45,384 nt of DNA from Betaproteobacteria bacterium (GTDB lineage Bacteria; Pseudomonadota; Gammaproteobacteria; Burkholderiales; Burkholderiaceae_C), in contig JBAXEN010000001.1 of the NCBI GenBank assembly GCA_037140415.1, forward strand, positions 1 through 45,384. Direction: 5' to 3'. Below, one piece after another: positions 1-9,794 of this stretch. The notes under the pieces were generated by a model. The model saw only the letters and a program-made list of their open reading frames with translations, had not been told where the DNA came from and searched no databases. Position 1 is the stretch's first letter; each line of letters opens with the position of its first letter. The translations under genes and the position numbers were made by a program.

Positions 1-1
1 A

Positions 2-967
2 GCGGCGAGCATGCTGGCCAGCCTGGGTGCGCTCGGCGGCCTGGCCGGCGCCGCCTCCGGGCTGAAGAACCCCTCTGACCAGTACCTGGCCTTTCTCAAG
101 AGCCTGAGCGTGCAAGATTCCCTGATCGATCGCTTTGACCTCATCAAACGTTATGAGGGCGATCTGCGCGAAGACGCTCGCAAGACCTTGCAAACCGCCG
201 CCCGCGCCAGCAGCGGCACCAAGGATGGTCTGATCACGGTGGAGGTCGATGACAAGGATCCGAAATTTGCTGCTCAGCTGGCCAATGCCCATGTGGACGA
301 GCTCCAAAAGCTGCTGGCCCGACTAGCGGTGACCGAGGCTCAGCAGCGGCGGGTGTTTTTTGAAAAGCAGTTGCAGCAGGCCAGGGACAACCTGACCCGG
401 GCCGAGCAGGCGCTCAAGTCCAGCGGCGTCAATAGCAGCGCGCTCAAGACCAGTCCTCAGGCGGCGGTCGAGGGGGTGGCGCGCCTGCGCGCTGGCATCA
501 CCGCGCAGGAAATCAAGATCGCCAGCCTGCGGGGCTACCTCAGTGAGACCGCGCCGGAATTCCGCCAGGCCCTGACCGAGCTGTCTGCCATGCGCACTCA
601 GCTGGTGCGGGCCGAGGCGCAGGAAACGCCGGTGGTCGGTGGCAGCGACTATGTGGCCCGCTATCGCGACTTCAAATACTATGAAACGCTGTTTGATCTG
701 TTTGCCAAGCAGTATGAGCTGGCCCGGGTCGACGAGAGCCGCGAGGGCGCGGTCATTCAGGTGCTCGACGTAGCCCAACCGCCCGAGCGCAAGTCCAAGC
801 CCAAGAAGGCGCTCATTGCCGTCATCGCTACGTTGGCGACGGGCTTTGCCCTCTTGCTCTTCGTGTTTGTGCGCCAGGCCCTGGCCAATGCCCGCCGGGA
901 TCAGGAGTCGGCTGAAAAACTGAGCCGGCTCAAGAGCGCATTCGGCCGTGCGATAGGGCGGGGCTGA
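2..967 (+). CDS. Wzz/GNVR-type polysaccharide chain-length determinant (5' truncated by window)
   Basis: Coiled-coil region, VIQVLDVAQPPERKSKPK motif and C-terminal TM helix; frame is open to the window edge. Confidence 0.8.
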   Translation, partial: AASMLASLGALGGLAGAASGLKNPSDQYLAFLKSLSVQDSLIDRFDLIKRYEGDLREDARKTLQTAARASSGTKDGLITVEVDDKDPKFAAQLANAHVDELQKLLARLAVTEAQQRRVFFEKQLQQARDNLTRAEQALKSSGVNSSALKTSPQAAVEGVARLRAGITAQEIKIASLRGYLSETAPEFRQALTELSAMRTQLVRAEAQETPVVGGSDYVARYRDFKYYETLFDLFAKQYELARVDESREGAVIQVLDVAQPPERKSKPKKALIAVIATLATGFALLLFVFVRQALANARRDQESAEKLSRLKSAFGRAIGRG

Positions 968-1003
968 TCGTCGCGGGCCTTGTCCGTCGATAGGGGGCGA
1001 CTT

Positions 1004-1675
1004 TCAGCTGATGGTCCCGCCGACCCGCTTAAGGTCGACCGGGGTGCTCAGGGCTGTCAGTGCGATGACGTGCAGCGCCTTGATCATGTCGGCCAGGGGC
1101 AGACTGGGCGAACCTTGCTCGGGCAGCCAGGGCAGATGCACAAAGCCAGCGCGCACCGCTGAGCAGGCCGGGTCATCGCCGCGCTCGGCCAGTGCGTGCA
1201 TCAGGCTGTAGAACACATGGTTGCAGACAAAGGTGCCGGCGCTGTTGGAGACCTCGGCCGGCAGGCCTGCATCGCCTAAAGCTTGCACGCAGGCCTTCAA
1301 AGGCAGGCTGCTGAAATAGGCGGCGGGCCCACCCATGACGACCGGCTCGTCGATGGGCTGCCGACCCGCGTTGTCGGGGATGCGCGCATCGTCCACATTG
1401 ATCGCGACCCGTTCGAGCCCGATATTGGCGCGACCGCCCGCTTGGCCCAGGCACAGCACCAACGCCGGAAGCGGCCCGCTCAGCAGTGACAATAAGTGAG
1501 CCCGGGCCGCGCCAAACTCGGTAGGCAGGCTGGCCGCCGCGACCCGGTGGCCTGACAGGTTCGCGCCGTGCAGGGCCTGGGCTGCCAGTGCACTGGGGTT
1601 GGGGCCCTGGTCCCGGTGCTCGCCGAAAGGCTCGAAGCCGGTGATCAGGATGCGACGCGCCGCCAGCAGGCTCAG
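1004..1675 (-). CDS. pcp: Pyroglutamyl-peptidase I (C15)
   Basis: ILITGFEPF, ERVAIN, SNSAGTFVCN (catalytic Cys), GFVHLP (His). Start uncertain; CTG at 1675 proposed. Confidence 0.92.
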   Translation of the reverse strand: MSLLAARRILITGFEPFGEHRDQGPNPSALAAQALHGANLSGHRVAAASLPTEFGAARAHLLSLLSGPLPALVLCLGQAGGRANIGLERVAINVDDARIPDNAGRQPIDEPVVMGGPAAYFSSLPLKACVQALGDAGLPAEVSNSAGTFVCNHVFYSLMHALAERGDDPACSAVRAGFVHLPWLPEQGSPSLPLADMIKALHVIALTALSTPVDLKRVGGTIS

Positions 1676-2253
1676 ACCAGCCCTCGCATGCGGGCCAGGT
1701 GACTGGCCTGGGAGCGGCTCTTGACGTTCATGCGGCGAAACAGGCGCCACAGATGAACCTTGACGGTGTGCTCGCTGATCTTGAGTTCGTCCGCAATATC
1801 GCGGTTGCTCAGACCCCGATCCAGCATGATCAGCAGCTGCTTTTGGCGTTTGGACAGCTTTTCCGGTGCCGCGCCCAGTTCCTCCCCCTCCTGCAACAGG
1901 AGGGCCTTGAGCTGCTTGGTGATTTCCGCCGCGCCGGCAGATTTGGTCACAAATGCTTCGGCACCGGCCTCCATGGCCAGATCCTCATAGTCTTGCGCTG
2001 CGGCCGCAGACAGAACGACGACCGGCACATCGGGCAGTTGCTGCTTGAGCTCGCGCACCCCGGAGACGCCATGGGTGTCCGGCAATTTGAGATCCAGACA
2101 AATCAGCTCGGGCGCGCCATGAACCTGGATCGCCGGGGCTATAGCGGCCAGCCGGTCAAGTTCGACCACATTGAATTTGCTGTCGAGGCGGCGGATCAAC
2201 ATCACCACAGCCTCGCGCAGCAGGGGATGATCGTCTACAACAAAAATGCTCAT
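1672..2253 (-). CDS. NarL/LuxR-family response regulator
   Basis: REC domain (VVDDHP, CLDLKLP, FVTKS) plus LuxR HTH (LSKRQ..GLSNRDIADEL.ISEHTVKVHL). Confidence 0.93.
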   Translation of the reverse strand: MSIFVVDDHPLLREAVVMLIRRLDSKFNVVELDRLAAIAPAIQVHGAPELICLDLKLPDTHGVSGVRELKQQLPDVPVVVLSAAAAQDYEDLAMEAGAEAFVTKSAGAAEITKQLKALLLQEGEELGAAPEKLSKRQKQLLIMLDRGLSNRDIADELKISEHTVKVHLWRLFRRMNVKSRSQASHLARMRGLV

Positions 2254-2360
2254 TAGTATCTGTCGCTTCGAAAGGCCCACATTGCAAGAGTCGGTCTTGG
2301 CAGGACAGTCGCTGATTGGCGATTGGGCTTGTAGATGGCCTGCCGACGATTAGAGACCAT

Positions 2361-2389
2361 AGGATAAAGTAATTTCACAATTAAGTAAA
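2361..2389 (-). promoter_or_regulatory. Candidate sigma70 promoter for the response regulator
   Basis: Minus strand TTTACT-17 nt-TATCCT in an AT-rich patch; TAATT-N4-AATTA inverted repeat in the spacer. Confidence 0.45.
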
Positions 2390-2410
2390 TACCAAAAATA
2401 AAACTTTTGT

Positions 2411-3715
2411 CTAGTCTTGCTTGACGGCCTTGGCCAGTTTGAAGTCCAGCAAAGCCTGCGTCAGGATCTGAGCTTGCGCACCCTCAAGCGGGGGCGCATG
2501 GCCCTGCAGCGCAGCAATATCGCCCTGTTTGAGTCGGTTTAGCACCACTCCAGCTTCTTGGGGCGTATCAAAAGCCAGGCTTTGCAGCAGTAATTTGCCA
2601 TCGGCTGCCAGCACCTTGAAATAAAACTTTCCATCGCTCTCACGGTATTGTTTGAAGCTTAACAATGCTGGCTTTAGCGGGCCTGGTGCCGATGTGGCAG
2701 GGGCTGCCGAGCGCAAACTCCGTAGGCCCACCCGTTGCCTGAGTTCGGCCATGAAAGGGCTGGCGATCTGACGCGCTTTGTTGGCGCCGGCCAGCAAGAT
2801 GTCTTCGATCCGATCGGGCTCAGACATCAGGGCATCGTAGGCTTGGCGCATCGGCTCCATCTCGCGGTCGATGCGCTCGAACAGCATTTGCTTGGCGTCG
2901 GCCCAAGCGATGCCCTCGGCATAGGCCTGGCGCAAAGCCTGGGTTTCTGAGGCACTGGCGAAAGCGCGGTAGATGTCGAACAGCGCCGAGCCTTCGGTGG
3001 ACTTGGGCTCGCCAGGCTTGCGTGAGTCGGTCACCAGCGATGCAATTTGCTTGCGCAAGACGTCCCGTCCGGCAAACAAGGCGATGGTGTTGTCATAGCT
3101 CTTGCTCATCTTGCGCCCGTCCAGGCCAGGCAGGGTGGCCACAGACTCTTCAATGGCCGCCTCGGGCAGCACCAGGTGGTTGCCGTAAAGGTGGTTGAAG
3201 CTCGCTGCCATGTCGCGCGCCATCTCGATGTGCTGGACCTGATCGCGTCCGACGGGGACCTGCTGCGCCTTGAAGATCAGGATGTCGGCAGCCATCAGCA
3301 CCGGGTACATGAACAGGCCGGCTGTGACGTCGGCGTCTGGGTCGTTGCCGGCACTGATGTTCTTGTCGAGTTGGGCCTTGTAGGCATGGGCGCGGTTGAG
3401 CAGGCCCTTGCCGGTCAGGCAGGTGAGAAACCAGGTCAACTCGGGAATCTCCGGAATGTCAGACTGGCGATAGAAGGTCACGCGCTGAGGATCGAGACCC
3501 GCAGCCAGCCAAGTCGCGGCAATCTCCAGCGTCGAGCGCTGTATCCGTTCGGGCTCACCGACTTTGATGAGCGCGTGGTAGTCGGCCAGGAAATAAAAGC
3601 TTTGCACGCCCTCTAGTCGGCTGGCCTGAACGGCAGGGCGTATCGCGCCGACATAGTTGCCCAGATGAGGGGTGCCCGAGGTGGTGATGCCAGTCAGTAC
3701 GCGCATATTTTTCAT
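2411..3715 (-). CDS. trpS: Tryptophan--tRNA ligase with C-terminal extension
   Basis: TTSGTPHLGNY (HIGH-like), VPVGRDQ, KMSKS. Confidence 0.97.
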   Translation of the reverse strand: MKNMRVLTGITTSGTPHLGNYVGAIRPAVQASRLEGVQSFYFLADYHALIKVGEPERIQRSTLEIAATWLAAGLDPQRVTFYRQSDIPEIPELTWFLTCLTGKGLLNRAHAYKAQLDKNISAGNDPDADVTAGLFMYPVLMAADILIFKAQQVPVGRDQVQHIEMARDMAASFNHLYGNHLVLPEAAIEESVATLPGLDGRKMSKSYDNTIALFAGRDVLRKQIASLVTDSRKPGEPKSTEGSALFDIYRAFASASETQALRQAYAEGIAWADAKQMLFERIDREMEPMRQAYDALMSEPDRIEDILLAGANKARQIASPFMAELRQRVGLRSLRSAAPATSAPGPLKPALLSFKQYRESDGKFYFKVLAADGKLLLQSLAFDTPQEAGVVLNRLKQGDIAALQGHAPPLEGAQAQILTQALLDFKLAKAVKQD

Positions 3716-3733
3716 GGGGTCAAAGCCATCTAT

Positions 3734-4405
3734 TCAATGTCCGAGCAGCCAGGCCAGCGGCTTGAGGAGCAGCGCTACCGCCTGGTAGCTCAGATCCATC
3801 AGGGGGCGCATCCAGAGTGTGCTGACCAGGCCAGTGAGTACCAGGGCCATCACCACGAAAAAGCCCCAGGGCTCGATGCGCGAGAGCAGCACCGCCTGGC
3901 GCCAAGGCAGCAGGCCGACCAGAATGCGGCCGCCATCGAGTGGCGGCAGCGGGAACAGGTTGAAGGCAAACATAACCAGGTTGACCAGCACGCCGGCCTT
4001 GCACATCTCGAGGAAGAATTTTTCACTCACCCCGGCGCTGCCCAGCAGGTAAAAAGCCGCGCCCCAGACCAGTGCTTGCAGAAAGTTCACGCCCGGGCCA
4101 GCCAGTGCCACCCAGACCATGTGTTGCTTGGGCTTGCGCAGTCGGCCGAAATCCACCGGCACCGGCTTGGCATAGCCAAACAGAAAGCTGCCGCCGGTGG
4201 CAAAGTAGAGCAGCACCGGCATCAGCAGCGTGCCGATCGGGTCGATATGGCGCAAGGGATTGAGGCTCAGTCGCCCCATCTGCCAGGCGGTGGGGTCGCC
4301 AAAGTAGCGCGCCGCGTAGCCATGGGCGGCCTCGTGCACCGTGATGGCAAACAGCACCGGCAGCGCATACAGAGCCACCGTCTGAATCAGTTGAGCGAAA
4401 TCCAT
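3734..4405 (-). CDS. Site-2 protease family (M50) membrane metalloprotease
   Basis: HEAAH and NLFPLPPLDGG motifs; hydrophobic. Confidence 0.93.
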   Translation of the reverse strand: MDFAQLIQTVALYALPVLFAITVHEAAHGYAARYFGDPTAWQMGRLSLNPLRHIDPIGTLLMPVLLYFATGGSFLFGYAKPVPVDFGRLRKPKQHMVWVALAGPGVNFLQALVWGAAFYLLGSAGVSEKFFLEMCKAGVLVNLVMFAFNLFPLPPLDGGRILVGLLPWRQAVLLSRIEPWGFFVVMALVLTGLVSTLWMRPLMDLSYQAVALLLKPLAWLLGH

Positions 4406-4460
4406 GGCAGGATTGTCTCAGAGGCCAAGCGCCGAGCTGCTGCGCCCCTCTTGGGGCGTC

Positions 4461-5099
4461 TTACTGTAGGCCAATGGCGGCCAGGCTGCCCCGGCCCGCT
4501 CTGATCAGTTCAGGCTCCTGACCCTTGCCCATGGGCACCAGGTCGATCACGGTGGTGGGCTCGAGCGGGCAGGCCCCAGCCTCGATGACGCCGGCCAGTT
4601 CATGCTCCAGGCGTTGACGGATCTGACCCGCATCAAGCAGCGGCTCGCTCTGGCCCGGCAAGATGAGCGTGGTCGATAGCAGCGCCGCCCCATGCTCCTC
4701 CAGCAGGGCCTGCAGCGCGCGATGGTCTGGCAGCCGCAGCCCGATGGTCTTGCGTGACGGATGGCTGAGTCGGCGCGGCACCTCCTTGCTGGCGTCAAGG
4801 ATGAAGGTGTAGGGGCCGGGCGTGGCGGCTTTGAGCAAGCGGAACTGGCGGTTGTCGACGCGCGCATAGCTGGCCAGCTCGCTCAAGTCTCGGCACAGCA
4901 GGGTCAGGTGATGGCGCTCATCGACCCCGCGGATGCGCCGCAGCCTATCGGCTGCCTGCTTGTCGTCGAGGTGGCAGACCAGGGCATAACTGGAGTCTGT
5001 GGGGACCGCCAAGACGCCGCCTTCGGCCAGAAGTTCACTGGCCCGCTTGAGCAGGCGCCGCTGTGGGTTGTCGGGATGGATTTCAAACAGCTGTGCCAT
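4461..5099 (-). CDS. yciO: Sua5/YciO/YrdC family protein (YciO-like)
   Basis: IHPDNPQ.RL, PTDSSYAL, PGPYTFIL, PTTVIDL; close to a PHP gene as in the yciV-yciO arrangement. Confidence 0.88.
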   Translation of the reverse strand: MAQLFEIHPDNPQRRLLKRASELLAEGGVLAVPTDSSYALVCHLDDKQAADRLRRIRGVDERHHLTLLCRDLSELASYARVDNRQFRLLKAATPGPYTFILDASKEVPRRLSHPSRKTIGLRLPDHRALQALLEEHGAALLSTTLILPGQSEPLLDAGQIRQRLEHELAGVIEAGACPLEPTTVIDLVPMGKGQEPELIRAGRGSLAAIGLQ

Positions 5100-5136
5100 G
5101 GCCTGGACTCTGGTCAGACGCTTGTGAGGCCGCGCC

Positions 5137-6051
5137 TCAGGCTGGCTCGAGGGCAGATTCCTGCGCCGCGCGCGCGGCCCGCGCCTGCCGCAGTGTCAGC
5201 CAGGTTCCCCCGGCCCCACAAGCGGCGATCACGCACATACCGAGCAGCGACCAGCCATCGGGCGTGTGAGAAAACACCAGCCAGCCCCCGATCACCGCGA
5301 AAGCGATCTGGGCGTACATATAGGGCGCCATGGTGGCCACTGCGGTGCGCTCGAAAGCCAGGATGAGCAGGAAATGGCCGATCGAGGCGGACAGCCCCAT
5401 CAGCACCATCAGGCCCCATTGCAGCAGGCTGAGTTCGGTCCAGACCCAGGGCAAAGCCAGCGAGGACACCAAGGTTCCCACCCAGCCGGTGTACAGGTGC
5501 ATGGTCAGCGGGTCTTCCGTGCGTACCATGCGGCTGGTCAGCAATTGAAAGAAAGAATTGAGCACCAGTACGCCCAGCGGCAGTAAGGCCACCCCGGTAA
5601 ATGTTTCAGCCCCGGGTCGGATGATGATCAGGGCGCCAGAAAATCCGCCCACCACCAACAGCCAGCGCAGACGCGAGACAGCGTCCTTGAAGATCAGCCA
5701 GGCCAGCACGGTGATCAGCAAGGGCACCAGCGAGACGATGGCGGTGAATTCGGCCACCGCAATATGCTGCAAGGCGACAAAGGCGCCCAGGCTGCTCGAG
5801 ACCAGCAGCAGGCCACGCAGCAATTGCAACCAGGGACTGGCGGTGCGCCAGATTGAGCGGCCCCGCCGCGGCGCGAGCACCACGGTGGTGAAGAGGGCCT
5901 GGAAAAAATAGCGGAACCACAATGCCATCAACATGGGCACTGTGCCCAGTACCAGCTTGGTGACGGTGTCGAGTGTGGCAAACAAGGCCACCGCACCCAG
6001 CGTCATGCCAATGCCGGTCAGGGCCGAGCTCGCAACAGCCGCCGACCTCAC
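5137..6051 (-). CDS. DMT/EamA family transporter
   Basis: About 10 hydrophobic segments, IIIRPG, APYMYAQI; GTGA overlap with upstream gene. Confidence 0.85.
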   Translation of the reverse strand: MRSAAVASSALTGIGMTLGAVALFATLDTVTKLVLGTVPMLMALWFRYFFQALFTTVVLAPRRGRSIWRTASPWLQLLRGLLLVSSSLGAFVALQHIAVAEFTAIVSLVPLLITVLAWLIFKDAVSRLRWLLVVGGFSGALIIIRPGAETFTGVALLPLGVLVLNSFFQLLTSRMVRTEDPLTMHLYTGWVGTLVSSLALPWVWTELSLLQWGLMVLMGLSASIGHFLLILAFERTAVATMAPYMYAQIAFAVIGGWLVFSHTPDGWSLLGMCVIAACGAGGTWLTLRQARAARAAQESALEPA

Positions 6052-6911
6052 TGAATTCGCTCTTGCAGCAGCTCCCAGACCGGGATCAGGCCGCCGGGCA
6101 GGTAGGGCAGGGTGCCCAGATCGGTGTGGCTCTCATCGGGGCTGTGAAAGTCACTGCCCCGTGAGGCCGCCAGCGAAAACTCCTGCGCCATCTCAGCGTA
6201 CTTGATCGCCTCTTGCGCGCTGTGGCTGCCAGTGACGACCTCAACCGCCCGCCCGCCATGCAGCTTGAATTCGGTAAACAGGGCGTATTCCTCGTTTGGC
6301 GTGAACTTGTAGCGGGCTGGGTGGGCGATGACCGCGACCCCACCGGCCTCGGTGATCCAGCTGACGGCGCCTTTGAGCGAGGCCCATCGGTGGGGCACAA
6401 AGCCGGGTTTGCCTTCGGTCAGGTATTTGCGAAAAACCTCGTTGGTGTCTTTACACACGCCCACTTCCACCAAAAAACGGGCGAAGTGGGTGCGCGAGAC
6501 CAGATCGGGATTGCCCACAAACTTGAGCGCGCCTTCATAGGCGCCGCTGATGCCTACCCGCGCCAGGCCGTCGGCCATCTCTTGCGCCCGCTGCGCCCGC
6601 CCACCGCGGGTCGCTTGCAAGCCGACCCGCAGTTGCTCATTGTCGGCATCGAAACCCAGGCCGACGATATGCACTGTCTCGCCGGCAAAGGTCACCGAGA
6701 TCTCGGTGCCGGTCAGGTAGCCCAGGCCATGGCTGCGAGCGGCCGCTGCAGCCCGCTTTTGGCCGCCGATCTCATCGTGGTCAGTCAGAGCCCACAGCTC
6801 GACCCCGCCGCGATGGGCCCGCTCGGCCAGTTCCTCTGGCGTCAAGGTGCCGTCGGAAACCACCGAATGGCAGTGCAAGTCGGCGTTGAGAATATTTTGA
6901 GCTGGGGTCAC
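6048..6911 (-). CDS. PHP-domain phosphoesterase (YciV/TrpH/RNase AM-like)
   Basis: DLHCHS..SDG, ALTDHD, GTEIS, AHP, GSDFH. Confidence 0.92.
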   Translation of the reverse strand: MTPAQNILNADLHCHSVVSDGTLTPEELAERAHRGGVELWALTDHDEIGGQKRAAAAARSHGLGYLTGTEISVTFAGETVHIVGLGFDADNEQLRVGLQATRGGRAQRAQEMADGLARVGISGAYEGALKFVGNPDLVSRTHFARFLVEVGVCKDTNEVFRKYLTEGKPGFVPHRWASLKGAVSWITEAGGVAVIAHPARYKFTPNEEYALFTEFKLHGGRAVEVVTGSHSAQEAIKYAEMAQEFSLAASRGSDFHSPDESHTDLGTLPYLPGGLIPVWELLQERIQ

Positions 6912-6998
6912 CCCTGAATTTTACGTGCCGAGCGCTCAGTGTGTGTGCCGTGCCGCGTCCGCTGCGCGACCCGGCGGGGTATTCGGCCCTGCAGGCCG

Positions 6999-8735
6999 TC
7001 AAGCCTGAGCGGCCTCGACGATAAATCGCACCCGCCGGACCCCCTGCCATTCATCGGCATCGAGCCGAAAAGCCAGGTGGACCCGCTGGGCCAGCGGTTC
7101 GGTGCGGCCGAACCAGATGCCGTCCACATCCTGGCCCTGGTGCTTGAGCTTGAGCATCAGGTGTTTGTCGCTGACCAGGCGCTGAGACAGCACCTGCAGC
7201 TCTTCACTGAAAGTAGGCGCTGCAAACCCTTGGCCCCAGACCTGCTGCTGCAGCGCATCGACCACATCTGCGCGGCGATATTCGGGCGCCAGCGGCCCGT
7301 CTGTTTCCAGCCTGCGGGTCAGGGTGGCCTCGTCCAGCCACTCTCTGGCCACCTGCTCCAGGGCTGATTTGAAAACCTCAAATTGATCGATCGCCACCGT
7401 GCAGCCGGCGGCCATGGCATGCCCCCCAAAGCGCAGCAGCACGCCCGGGTGGCGCTTGGCGACCAGGTCCAGCGCGTCGCGCAGGTGAAAGCCGGCGATC
7501 GAGCGGCCCGAGCCTTTGAGCTCATGCGACTTGCCCTCGGCGCCGCTGGCGGCGAAAACAAAGCAGGGCCTGTGCATCTTGTCCTTGATGCGCGAGGCCA
7601 CGATACCCACCACGCCCTCGTGAAAGTCCGGATGGAAGATCACCACCGCCGGCGGCGCTTGTTCCTGCTCCAAAGCCATGGCGTCTGCCGCCAGCATGGC
7701 TTGCTCGCGCATATGGCCTTCGATGTCGCGGCGCTCGCGGTTGATGCGGTCAAGCTCGCCGGCCAGCGTTGCGGCTCGGCCCGCATCGTCGGTGAGCAGG
7801 CATTCGATGCCCAGCGTCATATCGGCCAGGCGGCCGGCGGCGTTGATGCGTGGCCCCAGGGCAAAGCCGAAGTCCATGCTGCTGGCGGTGGCCGCTTTTC
7901 GACCAGCCACCTGCAGCAGCGCACTCAGGCCCGCCGGCATCTGCCCGGTCCGGATGCGTTTGAGGCCTTGTGCCACCAGGCGCCGGTTGTTGGCGTCGAG
8001 TTTGACCACATCGGCCACCGTTCCCAGCGCCACCAGGGGCAGCAGACTGTCGAGCCGGGGCTGGCTTCTGCCACTGAAAATGCCGCGCTCTCGCAGCTCA
8101 GCTCTGAGGGCGAGCAGCACATAGAACATCACGCCGACGCCGGCGATGGACTTGCTCGGGAATGGACAGCCGGGCTGATTGGGGTTGACGATCACATCGG
8201 CCTCGGGCAGCCGAATCTGGCCGTTGATCAGCGCCGGCAGGTGGTGGTCGGTGACCAGCACCTGCAGGCCAAGCGCGCGCGCTCTGGCCACGCCGTCCAT
8301 GCTGGCGATGCCGTTGTCCACCGTGACCAGCACATCGGCGCCACTGGCTTTGACCCGCTCGGCAATGCTGGCCGTCAGGCCATAGCCATCAATCACCCGG
8401 TCCGGGACCAGGTAGCTGACCCGGTGAAAGCCCATGGCCTGGCCCAGCAGGCGCAGGCCGCGCACCGCCACCGCGCAGGCAGTGGCGCCGTCGCAGTCGT
8501 AATCGGCCACGATGCAGATGGAGCGTTTGGCATGCATGGCATCGGCCAGCAGTTGCGCAGCCGCATCGGCCTGCAGCAATTGCGCAGGCTCGATCAGCAG
8601 GGCCAGGCCGTCGTCGAGCTCGGCCGGGTTGTGCACGCCCCGCGCGGCGTAGAGCTGCGCCAGCAGCGGATGTATGCCGGCCTGCTGCAGGGCCCAGACG
8701 CTGCGCGGCGGTGCATCCCTGACGGTGATTTTCAT
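6999..8735 (-). CDS. recJ: ssDNA exonuclease RecJ
   Basis: DYDCDG, TVDNG, TDHH, PRINAAGR, GGHAMAAG; ATG 8735 overlaps upstream stop (ATGA). Confidence 0.97.
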   Translation of the reverse strand: MKITVRDAPPRSVWALQQAGIHPLLAQLYAARGVHNPAELDDGLALLIEPAQLLQADAAAQLLADAMHAKRSICIVADYDCDGATACAVAVRGLRLLGQAMGFHRVSYLVPDRVIDGYGLTASIAERVKASGADVLVTVDNGIASMDGVARARALGLQVLVTDHHLPALINGQIRLPEADVIVNPNQPGCPFPSKSIAGVGVMFYVLLALRAELRERGIFSGRSQPRLDSLLPLVALGTVADVVKLDANNRRLVAQGLKRIRTGQMPAGLSALLQVAGRKAATASSMDFGFALGPRINAAGRLADMTLGIECLLTDDAGRAATLAGELDRINRERRDIEGHMREQAMLAADAMALEQEQAPPAVVIFHPDFHEGVVGIVASRIKDKMHRPCFVFAASGAEGKSHELKGSGRSIAGFHLRDALDLVAKRHPGVLLRFGGHAMAAGCTVAIDQFEVFKSALEQVAREWLDEATLTRRLETDGPLAPEYRRADVVDALQQQVWGQGFAAPTFSEELQVLSQRLVSDKHLMLKLKHQGQDVDGIWFGRTEPLAQRVHLAFRLDADEWQGVRRVRFIVEAAQA

Positions 8736-9733
8736 AATCCTTCCTTGAGCAGACGGGGCCAGGGGCTGGGCCGAAAGAGACCGGCCAGTCGGCCCATCAG
8801 GCTCGCTCCTGCGGTCTGCAGTGTCAAGCAGCCGCGCTCGCCGCACAGACTGAGCTGCACGGCTTCGCCAGCTTGTTGCCGCGCCAGCAGCGGGCGCAGT
8901 ACCTGTGCATCCAATTCAAACCAGGCTTGGGCGTAGGCGCTCCAGTCGCCGGCCATGGCTGCCGGGGCCAGCAGTCGGCTCAGATGCACCGCCTGTGGCG
9001 GGCGAGTCGCAGCGGGCAGGCGCCCGGTGCCGCTGAACCACAGCGAGTTGATGGCCAGCTCGCGGCGGCCGGCCCGCGCCTCGTTGATCGGGTGGGTGTA
9101 TAGCAGCATCTGCATCTCATTTTGAAGGCGCCGCAAGAGACGCGCCGCTGGGCCGCCCGCAAGCCAGGGGTCGACGTCGCGCCCGATCACCCGCTCCAGC
9201 GAGGCGGTGGGCAGATCCATGGGCTGGCCCTGCACCAGCCACTGGCCGGGGCGCAGGTGGTGCAGCTCGAGACCGTCGGCGGCAAAGTAGGGCGCCATAT
9301 CTTGCATCAGCGCCAGCGACTCCGAGGCGCTGATGGGCAGCAGCGATGGGTCGCTCATGCTGGCCTGCTCCCGCCCCATGACCCAATGACACAGCCTGAT
9401 TTGACCCCATGGGCCTTGTGACTTGAGACCCCGTGCAGCCGCTTGTCGCGCGGCCCAGGGCAAGAGCCCATCGGCCAGCTCCGGCCAGCCCAGGGCGCTG
9501 GCCAAGGCCCGCTCATGCGGCGGGCTCAGGCTGTCGGGCTCGCCCCGCAGTTGCGCGCTCGGGCGCATGCTGCCGAGCAATTGCCGTGCGGCGGCAGTGT
9601 GCTCGGCTGGCAAAGCTTCGATGGCTGCAGCCCAATCAGGGCTGTCACAGGCCGCAAAGGCAATGATCAGGTGCCTGGCCTGGTGCGCACCGACCGGGTC
9701 GGTTTCAAAAACATCGAAATCAGCAATTGCCAT
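8732..9733 (-). CDS. Conserved protein upstream of recJ (RpfE-like / phosphoglycerate-mutase-like)
   Basis: RRLQNEMQMLLYTHPIN..R...INSLW motif; translationally coupled to recJ. Confidence 0.7.
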   Translation of the reverse strand: MAIADFDVFETDPVGAHQARHLIIAFAACDSPDWAAAIEALPAEHTAAARQLLGSMRPSAQLRGEPDSLSPPHERALASALGWPELADGLLPWAARQAAARGLKSQGPWGQIRLCHWVMGREQASMSDPSLLPISASESLALMQDMAPYFAADGLELHHLRPGQWLVQGQPMDLPTASLERVIGRDVDPWLAGGPAARLLRRLQNEMQMLLYTHPINEARAGRRELAINSLWFSGTGRLPAATRPPQAVHLSRLLAPAAMAGDWSAYAQAWFELDAQVLRPLLARQQAGEAVQLSLCGERGCLTLQTAGASLMGRLAGLFRPSPWPRLLKEGL

Positions 9734-9794
9734 GCGTGTATTGTCCCGATTCCGACGGGCCCGTGGCCCCGACGCCCGGTGCCACAATGTTGGG

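Noticed and set aside
9423-9794. Long N-terminal extensions in the ORF track for lolC (also recJ, moxR, BC, DUF35 and lspA)
   Set aside because: They overlap neighbouring genes; family homology starts at the downstream ATGs used here
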